A stretch of DNA of 64,000 bases from positions 1,376,001-1,440,000 of the forward strand of contig CAXXKM010000003.1 of the NCBI GenBank assembly GCA_963664435.2. Reading direction: 5' to 3'. The translations under genes and the position numbers were made by a program. The notes below the pieces were generated by a model that saw only the letters and a program-made list of their open reading frames with translations, was not told where the DNA came from and searched no databases. This DNA is from Longimicrobiales bacterium. Lineage in GTDB: Bacteria; Gemmatimonadota; Gemmatimonadetes; Longimicrobiales; Gaopeijiaceae. Numbering within the stretch: position 1 is the first letter of the stretch; each line of letters begins with the position of its first letter. This document shows positions 24,769 to 35,191 of this stretch, in pieces.

Positions 24769-26082
24769 TCAGACGTAACGCCCACGGCCCCGCATCTTGA
24801 CCCGCCCCTTCTTCATGAAGCCGTCGTAGTGGCGAAGAAGCAGGTGTTGCTGGGCCTGCTGGACGGTGTCCAGGCCCACCCCGACCACGATCAGCAGGCT
24901 GGTGCCCCCGAAGAAGAAGGTCTGGATGTTGAACCAGTCAAAGATCCAGAAGGGCAGCAACGCGATGATGGCGAGGTAGATCGAGCCCGGGAGGGTGATG
25001 CGCGTCAGGATCCTGTCGATGTACTCGGCGGTGCGCGCGCCCGGCTTTACCCCGGGGATGAACGCCCCCTGCTTCTTCAGGTTCTCGGCCAGATCCACGG
25101 GGTTGAAGATGATGGCGGTGTAGAAGTAGGTGAAGAAGAGGATCAGGAGGGAATAGCTCCCGTAGTAGAGCCAGGTCCCGGGCTGGAACAGATCCGAGAT
25201 CTCGCGCAGAAAGCCGGCGCTCGAAAACGCCGCGATCGTGCCCGGCACGATGATGAAGGACTGGGCGAAGATGATCGGCATGACGCCGGCCGAGTTCACG
25301 CGCAGAGGAACGAAGCTCTTCTGGCCCTCCCGGATGCGGCCGCGACCCATCACCTTGCGTGGTATCTGAACCGGGATCTTGCGGGCCGCCATGGTCATCG
25401 CCACCACCCCCGCGGTGACCCCCACGACCACGGCACCCAGCGCAGCAAGGCCGACCACGCTGATCTCCCCGACCACGAACGACTCCCAGGTCCGGCCGAT
25501 CGCCGCCGGGAATCCCTCGATGATGGAGAAGAAGATCAGCAGCGACATGCCGTTGCCGATGCCGTTTTCCGTAATCTGCTCTCCCAGCCACATGACGAAG
25601 ACGGCGCCAACGGTGAGCGCAATGACGGTGGTGAACATGAACAGCACGCCGGGCGTCCGCACCGCGCCGGGAATGCTGGACAGGAAGACCGCATAGCCGT
25701 AGGCCTGGATGATGGACAGCACGACCGTCGTGTAGCGCGTCCACTGGGTGAGCTTCTTGCGCCCCTGCTCTCCTTCCTTCTGCAGCTTCTCGACCGTGGG
25801 AACCACGGCGGAGAGCAGCTGGAACATGATCGAGGCCGAGATATAGGGCATGATGCCGAGCGCCAGGATCGTGGCCCGGCTGAGGCCGCCCCCCACGAAC
25901 ATGTCGTAGATCCCGAACAGCGTATTGCTCAGCTGCCCGAACTGCTGGCGCAGGATGTTCACGTCGAGACCGGGCACGGTGATGTGCGCCCCCAGCCTGT
26001 AGACGAGAAGGATGAACAGCGTGAAGAGGATCTTCTGCTTCAGTTCTGGGACCCGGAACAGATTGGGAATCGGGTTGGCCAT
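24769..26082 (-). CDS. secY: Preprotein translocase subunit SecY
   Basis: ALGIMPYISASI, GIGNGMSL, AGVMPIIFA, FIPGVKPG and FGGTSLLIVVGV motifs. Confidence 0.98.
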   Translation of the reverse strand: MANPIPNLFRVPELKQKILFTLFILLVYRLGAHITVPGLDVNILRQQFGQLSNTLFGIYDMFVGGGLSRATILALGIMPYISASIMFQLLSAVVPTVEKLQKEGEQGRKKLTQWTRYTTVVLSIIQAYGYAVFLSSIPGAVRTPGVLFMFTTVIALTVGAVFVMWLGEQITENGIGNGMSLLIFFSIIEGFPAAIGRTWESFVVGEISVVGLAALGAVVVGVTAGVVAMTMAARKIPVQIPRKVMGRGRIREGQKSFVPLRVNSAGVMPIIFAQSFIIVPGTIAAFSSAGFLREISDLFQPGTWLYYGSYSLLILFFTYFYTAIIFNPVDLAENLKKQGAFIPGVKPGARTAEYIDRILTRITLPGSIYLAIIALLPFWIFDWFNIQTFFFGGTSLLIVVGVGLDTVQQAQQHLLLRHYDGFMKKGRVKMRGRGRYV

Positions 26083-26108
26083 CCTTTACCCCGTCTCGCG
26101 GTTTGGCG

Positions 26109-26558
26109 TCAGCGCGCGCTGGACACGGTGACCGTGCCGCCGGCAGCTTCGATTTTCCGGCGCGCGGACTGGCTGAACGCATGCGCCTCGACGTGCATCG
26201 CCCGCTCCGCCTCACCTGTTCCGAGCACCTTCACGGGCTTGCGGCCGCCGCGGGCCACACCGGCCTCGACAAGCGTCTGCAGAGTGATCCGATCGGTGTC
26301 GAGCCGGCTCAGGTCGCCAACGTTGATGACCGAGTACTCGACGCGTCCGCGGTTCTTGAATCCCCGCTTGGGGATGCGGCGCTGCAGGGGCATCTGGCCG
26401 CCCTCGAACCAGGCGGGAACCTTGCCGCCACTTCTGGACTTCTGACCGTTGTGTCCCCTGCCGGCCGTCTTGCCCAGCCCGGAGCCGGGTCCGCGCCCGA
26501 CGCGCTTGCGCGCCTTGCGTGATCCCGGGACGGGGCTCAGCCGGTGAAGTTCTGACAT
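26109..26558 (-). CDS. rplO: 50S ribosomal protein L15
   Basis: RVGRGPGSGLGKTAGRG and FEGGQMPL motifs. Confidence 0.98.
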   Translation of the reverse strand: MSELHRLSPVPGSRKARKRVGRGPGSGLGKTAGRGHNGQKSRSGGKVPAWFEGGQMPLQRRIPKRGFKNRGRVEYSVINVGDLSRLDTDRITLQTLVEAGVARGGRKPVKVLGTGEAERAMHVEAHAFSQSARRKIEAAGGTVTVSSAR

Positions 26559-26577
26559 CCGTTGCGATCTCCGTCGG

Positions 26578-26772
26578 TTAGGTGACTTCGGTGACTTCCA
26601 CCAGGTGCCTGACCTGTCGGATCATGCCCCGGATGGCCGAGGTGTCCGTGTGCACAACCGACTGCTGGTGCCTGCGGATCCCCAGGGCGCGCAACGTCCG
26701 CCGGTGCGTGCTCAGCCTCCCGATGCCGCTGCGCACCTGCTTGATCCGGATCTTCCCGGGCGTGTCGGACAC
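26578..26772 (-). CDS. rpmD: 50S ribosomal protein L30
   Basis: IKQVRSGIG...TLRALG...IRGMI..V.HLV. Confidence 0.95.
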   Translation of the reverse strand: MSDTPGKIRIKQVRSGIGRLSTHRRTLRALGIRRHQQSVVHTDTSAIRGMIRQVRHLVEVTEVT

Positions 26773-26775
26773 GGT

Positions 26776-27294
26776 CTATCCTCCCAGCTCTTCGACGCTG
26801 ATGCCGCGCTCGCGCGCGACCTGCTCGGGCGTGGCCAGCCGTCCCAGACCATTCAGCGTCGCCTTGACCACGTTGATGGGGTTGTTCGAACCCAGACTCT
26901 TGGTCAGCACGTCGGTGACCCCCGCAGCCTCGAGCACCGCCCGTACCGGACCGCCGGCGATCACGCCGGTCCCGGGCGCTGCAGGACGCAGGAGCACCCG
27001 CCCCGCGCCCCACCGGCCGATGATCTCATGGGGCAGGGTGCCGCGAACGACGGACACCTTTTGCATGTTGCGCCGTGCCCGCTCGAACGCCTTGCGGATG
27101 GCCTCGGCCACGTCGCTCGCCTTGGCCAGCGCCACGCCCATGTTGCCCTTCTGGTCGCCCACCGACACCAGCGCGGTGAACGAGAAGCGGCGTCCGCCCT
27201 TCACCACCTTCGCGACCCGGTTGATGTGGATGACGTTCTCGACGAGTTCGCTCTCACGCGAGCGGTTACGGTCCTTACCTCTGTTTCTGGCCAT
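26776..27294 (-). CDS. rpsE: 30S ribosomal protein S5
   Basis: [16 protein letters not shown] and PGTGVIAGG motifs. Confidence 0.98.
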   Translation of the reverse strand: MARNRGKDRNRSRESELVENVIHINRVAKVVKGGRRFSFTALVSVGDQKGNMGVALAKASDVAEAIRKAFERARRNMQKVSVVRGTLPHEIIGRWGAGRVLLRPAAPGTGVIAGGPVRAVLEAAGVTDVLTKSLGSNNPINVVKATLNGLGRLATPEQVARERGISVEELGG

Positions 27295-27683
27295 CAGAAG
27301 TTCAGCCCTCCTTCGCGCGCGCCCTCGGCAAAGGCCTTCACCCTGCCGTGATACTGGTAGCCTCCACGGTCGAATACCGCGGTGCTGATGCCCTCCGAAC
27401 GAGCGCGATCGGCCAGCATCCTGCCCGCCGCCCGGGCCCGCTCGACTCGCGGGTTGCGAGATTCGGTCTCAAGCTCGCGGAGCTCCGCGGACTGGGTGGA
27501 CACCCCGGCCAGGGTGCGTCCAAGGTCGTCGTCCACCAGTTGCCCCTCCATGTGCTTCAGGGACCGGAACACCACGAGCCGCGGGCGTTCGGCGGACCCG
27601 TTCACGCGCTTGCGGACCCTGCGATGCCGGCGGATGCGCTGCAGGCGCCGGCTCCTTCTCAACTTCGAACTTTTTGCGGTCAC
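27294..27683 (-). CDS. rplR: 50S ribosomal protein L18
   Basis: RPRLVVFRS and [14 protein letters not shown] motifs; GTG start. Confidence 0.97.
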   Translation of the reverse strand: MTAKSSKLRRSRRLQRIRRHRRVRKRVNGSAERPRLVVFRSLKHMEGQLVDDDLGRTLAGVSTQSAELRELETESRNPRVERARAAGRMLADRARSEGISTAVFDRGGYQYHGRVKAFAEGAREGGLNF

Positions 27684-27706
27684 GGTTTCCTCGCTCTGCG
27701 GGCAGA

Positions 27707-28246
27707 CTACGAAGCGGCGGTCTTGCCGACCTTGCGACGGATCTGCTCTCCCTGGTAGCGCACGCCCTTGCCCTTGTACGGCTCCGGGGGCCGGAACGAC
27801 CGGATTTCGGCCGCCACCTGTCCCACCTTCTGCTTGTCGATCCCATGCACGACCACGATGTCCTGCCTGGGACACTCGAGCGTGATGCCTTCGGGCTCCG
27901 GGTAGTCGATGGTATGGGAGTATCCCAGGCTCAGGACCAGTTCCCTGCCCTGCTTCTGTGCCCGGTATCCCACGCCCACGATCTCCAGCGTCTTGCTGTA
28001 CCCGGTCGTCACGCCGTGCACCATGTTGGCGATGAGCGCGCGCGTGAGACCGTGAAGCGACCGGTGCGTGCGGTTGTCGGAAGGCCTCCGCACGACGACC
28101 TCCCCTTTCCCCACGTGAACGGTCATGGCGGGATGCACGTCGAGGGTCAGTTGGCCCTTCGGCCCCTTGACCGTCAGGACGGGCTCCCGGTACTCGACGG
28201 TCACGCCGCCCGGAATGGCGACCGGCAGTTTACCTATGCGCGACAT
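27707..28246 (-). CDS. rplF: 50S ribosomal protein L6
   Basis: [14 protein letters not shown] and PEPYKGKG motifs. Confidence 0.98.
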   Translation of the reverse strand: MSRIGKLPVAIPGGVTVEYREPVLTVKGPKGQLTLDVHPAMTVHVGKGEVVVRRPSDNRTHRSLHGLTRALIANMVHGVTTGYSKTLEIVGVGYRAQKQGRELVLSLGYSHTIDYPEPEGITLECPRQDIVVVHGIDKQKVGQVAAEIRSFRPPEPYKGKGVRYQGEQIRRKVGKTAAS

Positions 28247-28278
28247 ATACGTTTACGTCGTGGTTGATGGAATTCTGG

Positions 28279-28674
28279 CTACCACACGATCGCCAGCACT
28301 TCGCCGCCTACCCCTTCCTTGCGCGCCGTGCGGTCGGAGAGCACACCCCTGGATGTCGACAGAATCGCCATCCCCAGGCCGTTCCTGACTCTGGGGATAT
28401 CCTCACGGCCGACGTACCGCCGCCGCCCGGGCGACGAGAAGCGCTCGATATGCCGGATGACCGGACGTCCCTCATCGCGATACTTCAGGTAGACGCGCAG
28501 AACCCCGTGGGCTCCGTCGTCGAGCACCTTGTAGCCGAAGACGAAATGGTTCTCGCCGAGCAGCCGGGCAATCTCGATCTTCATCCGGGAGACGGGCATG
28601 TCCGCCCAGCGGTGGCCCGCCTGTCCGGCGTTGCGCAGCCGGGTCAGCATGTCGGCAATCGGGTCCGTCATCAT
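28279..28674 (-). CDS. rpsH: 30S ribosomal protein S8
   Basis: TDPIADMLTRLRNA and GLGMAILSTSRG motifs. Confidence 0.98.
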   Translation of the reverse strand: MMTDPIADMLTRLRNAGQAGHRWADMPVSRMKIEIARLLGENHFVFGYKVLDDGAHGVLRVYLKYRDEGRPVIRHIERFSSPGRRRYVGREDIPRVRNGLGMAILSTSRGVLSDRTARKEGVGGEVLAIVW

Positions 28675-28716
28675 GTCGAGTCTCGTCCCTCCGTTCTTCC
28701 CTGGGTTGTCGGCGCC

Positions 28717-29304
28717 TCAGGCGGCGCCGTTCTGGCCGATGATGACCGGAAGCGAGCCGCGAAACGGAAATCCCAGCTCTCGCAGCAGCGCCAGCGCCTC
28801 GTCGTCCTTGCTGGTGCTCGTAACCACGGTGATGTCCATGCCGTGGATTCGGTCGATCCTGTCGTAGTCGATCTCGGGGAAGATGATCTGCTCGCGAACC
28901 CCGAGGCTGAAGTTGCCGCGCCCGTCGAAGGACTTCGTGGACAGCCCGCGGAAGTCGCGGATGCGCGGTATGGTAGCGCTGACCAGTCGGTCGAGAAACT
29001 CGTACATGCGGTGCCGGCGCAGCGTGACCCTGGCTCCGACCGGCATGCCCGTCCTCAACGAGAAGTTGGAGATGGACTTCCGTGCCCGGGTGATGACCGG
29101 CTTCTGTCCGGAGATCACCGACAATTCCTCGACCACGCTGTCGAGGAACTTCCGATTCTTGCTCGCCTCGCCGACGCCGACGTTGAGCACAACCTTCACC
29201 GGGTGTGGAATTTGATTGACGTTGGTGAAGCCGAATTCCTCCTGAAGCTTCGGCTGAACCTTCTCCAGATAGTGCCGGCGAAGCCGGGGGTTCATCTCCG
29301 TCAT
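28717..29304 (-). CDS. rplE: 50S ribosomal protein L5
   Basis: [16 protein letters not shown] and EQIIFPEI motifs; start is ATG 29304 or 29295. Confidence 0.97.
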   Translation of the reverse strand: MTEMNPRLRRHYLEKVQPKLQEEFGFTNVNQIPHPVKVVLNVGVGEASKNRKFLDSVVEELSVISGQKPVITRARKSISNFSLRTGMPVGARVTLRRHRMYEFLDRLVSATIPRIRDFRGLSTKSFDGRGNFSLGVREQIIFPEIDYDRIDRIHGMDITVVTSTSKDDEALALLRELGFPFRGSLPVIIGQNGAA

Positions 29305-29333
29305 CTTGCAAATCCGTCCCTTGTCGTCACCCG

Positions 29334-29684
29334 TCACCTCGGCGCCGGAATGGGGTTGCCGGTCTTCACCGCGATGCGTTCCTTCACGCCACCTTCCTCG
29401 AGACGCATGCGGACGCGGCTGGCCTCTCCGCTGGCCGGATCGATCAACATCACGTTGGAAATGTGGATCGGAGCCTCGAAGGTGATGATCCCTCCCTCCG
29501 GATTGGCCGCGGTGGGCCGCTGGTGGCGCTTGCGCATGTTCACGCCCTCGATCACCACCCGATCCCGGTCGCGGACCACCCGGAGGACCGTCCCCTGCTC
29601 GTCCCGGTGGTTGCCGCGGATCACGCGCACGCGGTCACCCTTCGCAATCCGGTGTTTGCGCCCGCCCCCGGTCCGCTTCAGCAT
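29334..29684 (-). CDS. rplX: 50S ribosomal protein L24
   Basis: KOW-like [10 protein letters not shown] and EAPIHISNV motifs. Confidence 0.97.
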   Translation of the reverse strand: MLKRTGGGRKHRIAKGDRVRVIRGNHRDEQGTVLRVVRDRDRVVIEGVNMRKRHQRPTAANPEGGIITFEAPIHISNVMLIDPASGEASRVRMRLEEGGVKERIAVKTGNPIPAPR

Positions 29685-30052
29685 CAGAGCACCTCCGGCG
29701 CCAGCGAAACGATCTTCATGTAGCGCTTCTCCCTGAGTTCACGTCCGACCGGGCCGAAGATGCGCGTGCCCTTCGGCTCGCCGTTGGTGTCGATAAGCAC
29801 CGCGGCGTTGTCGTCGAAACGGATATAGGAGCCGTCGCGCCTGCGCACTTCCTTGGCCGTTCGCACCACGACCGCGCGCACGATATCCCCTTTGCGCACG
29901 CCCGCGTTGGGAATGGCATCCTTTACCGTGAGCACGACCAGGTCGCCCACGCTGGCGTAGCGGCGGCCCGAGCCGCCGAGAACACGGATGCACAGGGCCT
30001 TCTTGGCGCCCGTGTTGTCCGTGATCCGGACCATCGATTCCTGTTGGATCAT
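29684..30052 (-). CDS. rplN: 50S ribosomal protein L14
   Basis: MIQQES...[14 protein letters not shown] and SLAPEVL motifs. Confidence 0.98.
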   Translation of the reverse strand: MIQQESMVRITDNTGAKKALCIRVLGGSGRRYASVGDLVVLTVKDAIPNAGVRKGDIVRAVVVRTAKEVRRRDGSYIRFDDNAAVLIDTNGEPKGTRIFGPVGRELREKRYMKIVSLAPEVL

Positions 30053-30059
30053 CGCCCGC

Positions 30060-30344
30060 CTATCCTTCCGCCCGGTCGACCAGTTCAGCGACTCTCCACC
30101 GCTTGGTGCGGGAGAGGGGCCGCGTTTCCACGATGCGCACGGTGTCGCCCATGCGGTACTGGTTGTCTTCGTCGTGGGCGTGATACTTGCGGGTGCGCTT
30201 CACCTGCTTCCCGTAGAGGGGATGGGCGAACTGGCGCGCGACGAGCACGGTGACCGTCTTGTCCGCAACGTCCGACACCACCACTCCCGTTCGCGTCTTT
30301 CGCCGGTTGCGCGCCGCGCGCGCGGCATCCGCTGTCGCGGTCAT
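30060..30344 (-). CDS. rpsQ: 30S ribosomal protein S17
   Basis: GVVVSD..DKT, HPLYGK and [11 protein letters not shown] motifs. Confidence 0.97.
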   Translation of the reverse strand: MTATADAARAARNRRKTRTGVVVSDVADKTVTVLVARQFAHPLYGKQVKRTRKYHAHDEDNQYRMGDTVRIVETRPLSRTKRWRVAELVDRAEG

Positions 30345-30565
30345 GAGGCATTCTCCTCGGTCAGGGCCAGAGCCGCCGCGAGTTCGCGTTCGCGCTGGAC
30401 GGTGCGAACTCGGGCTATATCCCTGCGCAGCTGCGAAAGCAGTCTGGGGTTCTCAAGCTCCATGGTCGCGGCCCGGAACTTGAGGCGGAACCGCTCCTCT
30501 CGCAGTTCGTCCAGCTGCTCCCGGATCTGCTGGTCGGTCATATCGCGAATGTCTTCGATGTCCAT
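30341..30565 (-). CDS. rpmC: 50S ribosomal protein L29
   Basis: ERFRLKF...LENP...RRDIARVRT; conserved position. Confidence 0.95.
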   Translation of the reverse strand: MDIEDIRDMTDQQIREQLDELREERFRLKFRAATMELENPRLLSQLRRDIARVRTVQRERELAAALALTEENAS

Positions 30566-30577
30566 GCCCGGTTCCCC

Positions 30578-31000
30578 TCAGGTTCCCAACTGCTGTTCGC
30601 GCGAGACGAAACGGGTCTTGATGGGGAGCTTGTCGGATGCGAGCTGCATGGCCCGCCGCGCGATGTCCTCCCCCACGCCTTCCATCTCGAACATCATCCG
30701 CCCCGGCTTGACCACCGCCACCCAACCTTCCGGGTTGCCCTTCCCCTTGCCCATTCGCGTTTCGGCGGGCTTGGAGGTAACCGGCTTGTCCGGAAAGATC
30801 CGGATCCACACCTTTCCGCCCCTCTTGATGTGCCGGGTCATGGCCACGCGCGCCGACTCGATCTGCCGATTGCTGATCCAGGCGGACTCCACGGCCTGAA
30901 GCCCGTAGTCGCCGAAGCTCACCCGGTTTCCGCGACGGGAAACCCCGCGCATCTTGCCCTTGTGCTTCTTGCGGTACTTGACCCGCTTCGGTGCCAGCAT
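30578..31000 (-). CDS. rplP: 50S ribosomal protein L16
   Basis: [11 protein letters not shown] and RMGKGKG motifs. Confidence 0.98.
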   Translation of the reverse strand: MLAPKRVKYRKKHKGKMRGVSRRGNRVSFGDYGLQAVESAWISNRQIESARVAMTRHIKRGGKVWIRIFPDKPVTSKPAETRMGKGKGNPEGWVAVVKPGRMMFEMEGVGEDIARRAMQLASDKLPIKTRFVSREQQLGT

Positions 31001-31059
31001 CTGCTATCGTCCTTGCGAGGCCCGCCGCCGGGCGGGCCGGGTTCCGTTCGCGTGCACCG

Positions 31060-31719
31060 TCATGATCCCGTCGAGTAGGTCCGGCCGCGCCGGTCGTCCA
31101 CCACTTCGCCCTTGAAGATCCAGCACTTCACGCCGACGGTACCGTAGGTGGTGTCCGCCCTCACGCTCGCGTAGTCGATGTTCGCCCGCAGGGTGTGCAG
31201 GGGTACGCGGCCCTCGTGATAAGCTTCGGTGCGGGCGATCTCCGCGCCGCCCAGACGGCCGCCACACTGGATCTTGATCCCCTCCGCCCCCGCGCGGCGC
31301 GCGGACTGGACGGCGCGCTTCATGGCCCGCCGGAACGAAATCCGCTGACGCAGCTGGTGCTTGACGTTCTCCGCCACCAGGCGCGCGTCCAGCTCCGGCT
31401 GCTTTATTTCCTCGACGTTCACGGAGACCTCGGACCTGGTCAGCACGCCCAGCTCGTCGCGCAGCTTGTCCACCTCCGCTCCCCGCTTTCCGATCACGAC
31501 GCCCGGCCGGGCGGTATGCACGGTCATGACGATCTTGGACGGCTTGCGGTCGATCTCGACCCGGGAGATGGCCGCGTGCGCCAGACGGCGGTCGAGATAC
31601 CGCCTGATGGTCTCGTCTTCCTGAAGCAGCTGCGGGAACTCCTTCTCCGCATACCACCGGGACTGCCAGTCCTTGACGATGCCGAGCCGGAACCCGTGAG
31701 GGTGTGTCTTCTGTCCCAT
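31060..31719 (-). CDS. rpsC: 30S ribosomal protein S3
   Basis: [23 protein letters not shown] and [11 protein letters not shown] motifs. Confidence 0.98.
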   Translation of the reverse strand: MGQKTHPHGFRLGIVKDWQSRWYAEKEFPQLLQEDETIRRYLDRRLAHAAISRVEIDRKPSKIVMTVHTARPGVVIGKRGAEVDKLRDELGVLTRSEVSVNVEEIKQPELDARLVAENVKHQLRQRISFRRAMKRAVQSARRAGAEGIKIQCGGRLGGAEIARTEAYHEGRVPLHTLRANIDYASVRADTTYGTVGVKCWIFKGEVVDDRRGRTYSTGS

Positions 31720-31723
31720 CGAC

Positions 31724-32074
31724 CTATTCCTCGCTTTCCACGACGATCGTGATGTGGCTCGAGCGCCTTCGGATCGGGGCCGCCCTTCCCATGGCCGCCG
31801 CCCGCCAGCGCTTCGTGGTCCGCCCGCCATCGACGAATGCCCGCGTGATCACGAGCTCGTCCACATCGAGCACCTCCCCGTCCTCCTCCGCCCTGTACTC
31901 GGCGTTCGCGACCGCGGAGCGGAGCGTCTTGCCGACCGGTACCGACGCGGCCTTCTTCGAGAATCGAAGGATCGCGTAGGCCTGGTTGACGGGGAGGCCC
32001 CGGATCTGATCCACAACCAGCCTCACCTTGCGGGGACTCATTGCGATGTATTTCGCGATCGCCTTTGCTTGCAT
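31724..32074 (-). CDS. rplV: 50S ribosomal protein L22
   Basis: [20 protein letters not shown] and SHITIVV motifs. Confidence 0.97.
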   Translation of the reverse strand: MQAKAIAKYIAMSPRKVRLVVDQIRGLPVNQAYAILRFSKKAASVPVGKTLRSAVANAEYRAEEDGEVLDVDELVITRAFVDGGRTTKRWRAAAMGRAAPIRRRSSHITIVVESEE

Positions 32075-32108
32075 CTGAAGTTTCGTCCAGGGGTGACCTG
32101 ATCGGCCT

Positions 32109-32396
32109 CTATCGAGCCTTGGAGCGCCGGTCGGCGAGCTTCCCACCGTGGCCCCGGAAGAGCCGGGTGGGAGCGAATTCGCCGAGTTTGTGGCCCACCA
32201 TGTTTTCCGTGATGTAGACCGGGATGAACTTGTTGCCGTTGTGCACCGCGACCGTATGGCCCACGAAGTCCGGCGAGATGGTCGAGGCGCGTGCCCAGGT
32301 CTTGATGACCCTCTTCTCGGCGCGCGCGTTCATGAGCTCCACCTTGCGCAGGAGCTTCTCGTCGATGTAGGGACCCTTCTTTACGCTGCGTGGCAT
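32109..32396 (-). CDS. rpsS: 30S ribosomal protein S19
   Basis: RSVKKGP and [13 protein letters not shown] motifs. Confidence 0.98.
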   Translation of the reverse strand: MPRSVKKGPYIDEKLLRKVELMNARAEKRVIKTWARASTISPDFVGHTVAVHNGNKFIPVYITENMVGHKLGEFAPTRLFRGHGGKLADRRSKAR

Positions 32397-32435
32397 GGCG
32401 GTTTCCTGGTTCGCTTCCTTTCGTCTCGTAATCGT

Positions 32436-33278
32436 CTACGACCGGGTGGCCTTGCCGCGTTTGCGACCCCGGACGATCAGCCGGTTGGATTCCTTTCTGG
32501 GATTACGCGTCTTCTTCCCCTCCGGCTTGCCCCAGGGGGTGACCGGGGGTCGTCCGCCCGAAGCCTTGCCCTCACCTCCGCCCAGCGGGTGGTCCACCGG
32601 GTTCATGGCGACGCCCCGAACCTTGGGACGGCGCCCCCGCCATCGATTCGCCCCGGCCTTGCCCAGGGACTTCAGCTCGTGGTCGGTGTTGCCGACCTGG
32701 CCCACGGTGGCCATGCACTCCATGCGCACCCGCCGGACTTCCGTCGAGGGGAGGCGCAGCGTCACGTAGTCTCCTTCCTTGGCCATGATCTGCACGCCGG
32801 CGCCGGCCGAGCGGGCCATCTGGCCCCCCTTCCCGGGCTTCAGCTCCACGTTGTGGACGATCGTGCCCAGCGGAATGCGGCCGATCGGCAGGGCGTTGCC
32901 CGGCTTGATGTCGGCGTCTCCGCCCGCCACCACCTCATCGCCGACCGCCAGGCCGCGCACATGCAGGATGTAGCGCTTCTCGCCATCCGCGTAATGGATG
33001 AGGGCGATGTTCGCGGAACGGTTGGGATCGTATTCGATCTCGGCGACGCGGCCAGCCACGCCGATCTTGTTGCGCCTGAAATCGATGCGCCGATACCTGC
33101 GCTTGTGGCCACCGCCCCTGCGCCGCACGGTGATGCGGCCATGGTGGTTCCGGCCACCCTTGGAGTGCAGAGGCTCCGTCAGCGACTTTTCCGGTCCCTT
33201 GCGGGTGGTCACCGTGTCCTTCACGATCGACCGGAACCGGAAGCCGGGAGTCACGGGTCTGAACTTCTTGATCGCCAT
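32436..33278 (-). CDS. rplB: 50S ribosomal protein L2
   Basis: EYDPNRSA and [17 protein letters not shown] motifs. Confidence 0.98.
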   Translation of the reverse strand: MAIKKFRPVTPGFRFRSIVKDTVTTRKGPEKSLTEPLHSKGGRNHHGRITVRRRGGGHKRRYRRIDFRRNKIGVAGRVAEIEYDPNRSANIALIHYADGEKRYILHVRGLAVGDEVVAGGDADIKPGNALPIGRIPLGTIVHNVELKPGKGGQMARSAGAGVQIMAKEGDYVTLRLPSTEVRRVRMECMATVGQVGNTDHELKSLGKAGANRWRGRRPKVRGVAMNPVDHPLGGGEGKASGGRPPVTPWGKPEGKKTRNPRKESNRLIVRGRKRGKATRS

Positions 33279-33288
33279 GGCCGGTTCC

Positions 33289-33600
33289 TCAGCCCATTTC
33301 GTAGAGTTCGATGTGGTCGCCTTCGGCAAGCTTGACGACCGCCTTCTTGAACGACGGCTGGCGGCCGAGGCTCCAGTTGCGGCTCATCTGCCCCAGGAAC
33401 GAGCGGCGCATCTTGCCCGCGTACCTCATGGTGCGCACATCGTCGACCTGGACGTCCCAGAGCGCTTCCACGGCGCGCGCGATATCAATCTTGTTGGCCT
33501 TCTGGTTGACGATGAACGAGTAGACGTTCTCGGCCTCCATCTGGGCGGTAGTCTTTTCGGTGACCACCGGCCGCACGATCACATCCCACGGCTCACGCAT
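33289..33600 (-). CDS. rplW: 50S ribosomal protein L23
   Basis: [15 protein letters not shown] and KKAVVKL motifs. Confidence 0.96.
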   Translation of the reverse strand: MREPWDVIVRPVVTEKTTAQMEAENVYSFIVNQKANKIDIARAVEALWDVQVDDVRTMRYAGKMRRSFLGQMSRNWSLGRQPSFKKAVVKLAEGDHIELYEMG

Positions 33601-34252
33601 CGCCGTCCTCCGCGTCTGTGGAGTCCACGGGCTCCGCGGCCACCGCCTGGATCCCGAGCGCATCGGCCTCGATCACGACGGTCGCAGCCCACAGCACGTC
33701 GTAGGCCGACTCCTCGCCGAACGGGCGCACCCTGACGTCCCGCAGGTTGCGGGCCGAGAGGTATACGTTGCGCTTGTTGCCGTCGGTCAGCAGCAGCGCC
33801 TTGCCCGGCGCTTCGATGGCGGCGAGGCAGGCAGCCAGCCGCGCGGTGCGCGGGGCTTCGTAGTCCAGGGACTCGATCAGCAGCACGCGACCATCTCCGG
33901 CTCGCGCGTTGAGGGCCGAGCGCCGGGCGAGCGTGCGCACCTTGCGAGGCACGGACGTGCGCCACGAGTGAGGCTGAGGAGGGAAGGCCAGCCCGCCTCC
34001 CGTCCACTGCGCGGCCCGGATCGTACCCTGGCGTGCCCGGCCGGTACCCTTCTGCCTCCACGGCTTGCGGCTTCCCCCCGAGACGGCCGCGCGGTTCTTG
34101 CCGGCTCCCGTCCCCCGCCGCTGATTGGCGAGTTGTGCCCGCACCACCTGGTGCAGCACGCTCTCGTTCACGACTCCGTCGAAGGGGACCACAGGAAGCG
34201 TCCGGTCTCCGTCCGGGCTGCCGTCAGACTGATAGTAGTGCGCCGTATGCAT
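33593..34252 (-). CDS. rplD: 50S ribosomal protein L4
   Basis: KPWRQKGTGRARQG and SARNL motifs. Confidence 0.97.
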   Translation of the reverse strand: MHTAHYYQSDGSPDGDRTLPVVPFDGVVNESVLHQVVRAQLANQRRGTGAGKNRAAVSGGSRKPWRQKGTGRARQGTIRAAQWTGGGLAFPPQPHSWRTSVPRKVRTLARRSALNARAGDGRVLLIESLDYEAPRTARLAACLAAIEAPGKALLLTDGNKRNVYLSARNLRDVRVRPFGEESAYDVLWAATVVIEADALGIQAVAAEPVDSTDAEDGDA

Positions 34253-34256
34253 GGCT

Positions 34257-34874
34257 TTATTGGCTGATGAAGACGTAGCCGCTGCGCGCTCCCGGCACGG
34301 CGCCCCTGAGGAAGAGCAGGTTCCTCTCGGCGTCGACCCGAACGACCTTCACATTGCTCAGCGTCTTGCGGTTGTTGCCCATGCGGCCGGGGAGCTTCTT
34401 GCCCTTGATGACCCGCGACGGGTCGGTGCCGGCACCCATCGATCCGGGGGTGCGCGACATCGGATGACCGTGGGAGGCGGGGCGCCCCACGAACCCGTGC
34501 CGCTTCACGACGCCCTGGAATCCCCTGCCCTTGGTGTTGCCCGTGACCTTGACGGCCTGGTTGGCGGCGAAGAGCCCCACGGTGAGCTCCTCTCCTGCCT
34601 CGAACGCTTCATCGCCGGCAACGGGGAACTCGCGCAGAACGCGGGGCGTCGCCTCCAATCCGGCCTTTGCAGCATGGCCGGCCTCGGCCCTGGTGGCATG
34701 CCTGGCCTTGCGCGCCTCGAAGCCGACCTGGACCGCGCGATATCCGTCGGTCTCCCGGGACTTCACGCAAACCACCGGGCACGGCCCGGCGCGAACCACG
34801 GTAACCGGCACCACCTGACCCTCGTCGTCGAAGATGCGGGTCATCCCCACCTTGCGTCCGATCAATCCGGCCAT
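34257..34874 (-). CDS. rplC: 50S ribosomal protein L3
   Basis: GRKVGMT, KGRGFQG.VKR and GAVPG motifs. Confidence 0.97.
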   Translation of the reverse strand: MAGLIGRKVGMTRIFDDEGQVVPVTVVRAGPCPVVCVKSRETDGYRAVQVGFEARKARHATRAEAGHAAKAGLEATPRVLREFPVAGDEAFEAGEELTVGLFAANQAVKVTGNTKGRGFQGVVKRHGFVGRPASHGHPMSRTPGSMGAGTDPSRVIKGKKLPGRMGNNRKTLSNVKVVRVDAERNLLFLRGAVPGARSGYVFISQ

Positions 34875-34882
34875 CCCACCCC

Positions 34883-35191
34883 CTAGTCGACCTTGATCTC
34901 GACATCGACGCCCGCCGGCAGGTCCAGCTTGGTAAGGGCGTCGATGGTGGCGGGCCGGGAATCGACGATGTCGATGAGCCGCTTGTGCGTACGCAACTCG
35001 AACTGCTCCCGGCTCTTCTTGTCGATGTGCGGCGAGCGCAGCACCGTCCAGCGCTCGCGCCGCGTCGGCAACGGAACCGGACCGCACACGCTGGCTCCTG
35101 TTTTCTCCGCTGTGCGCACGATGTCGGAAGCGGTCTGGTCGACGATCCAATGATCGAAGGCTTTCAGCTTGATGCGAATCCGGCCACTCAT
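34883..35191 (-). CDS. rpsJ: 30S ribosomal protein S10
   Basis: [17 protein letters not shown] and [13 protein letters not shown] motifs; ATGA overlap with the fusA stop. Confidence 0.98.
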   Translation of the reverse strand: MSGRIRIKLKAFDHWIVDQTASDIVRTAEKTGASVCGPVPLPTRRERWTVLRSPHIDKKSREQFELRTHKRLIDIVDSRPATIDALTKLDLPAGVDVEIKVD

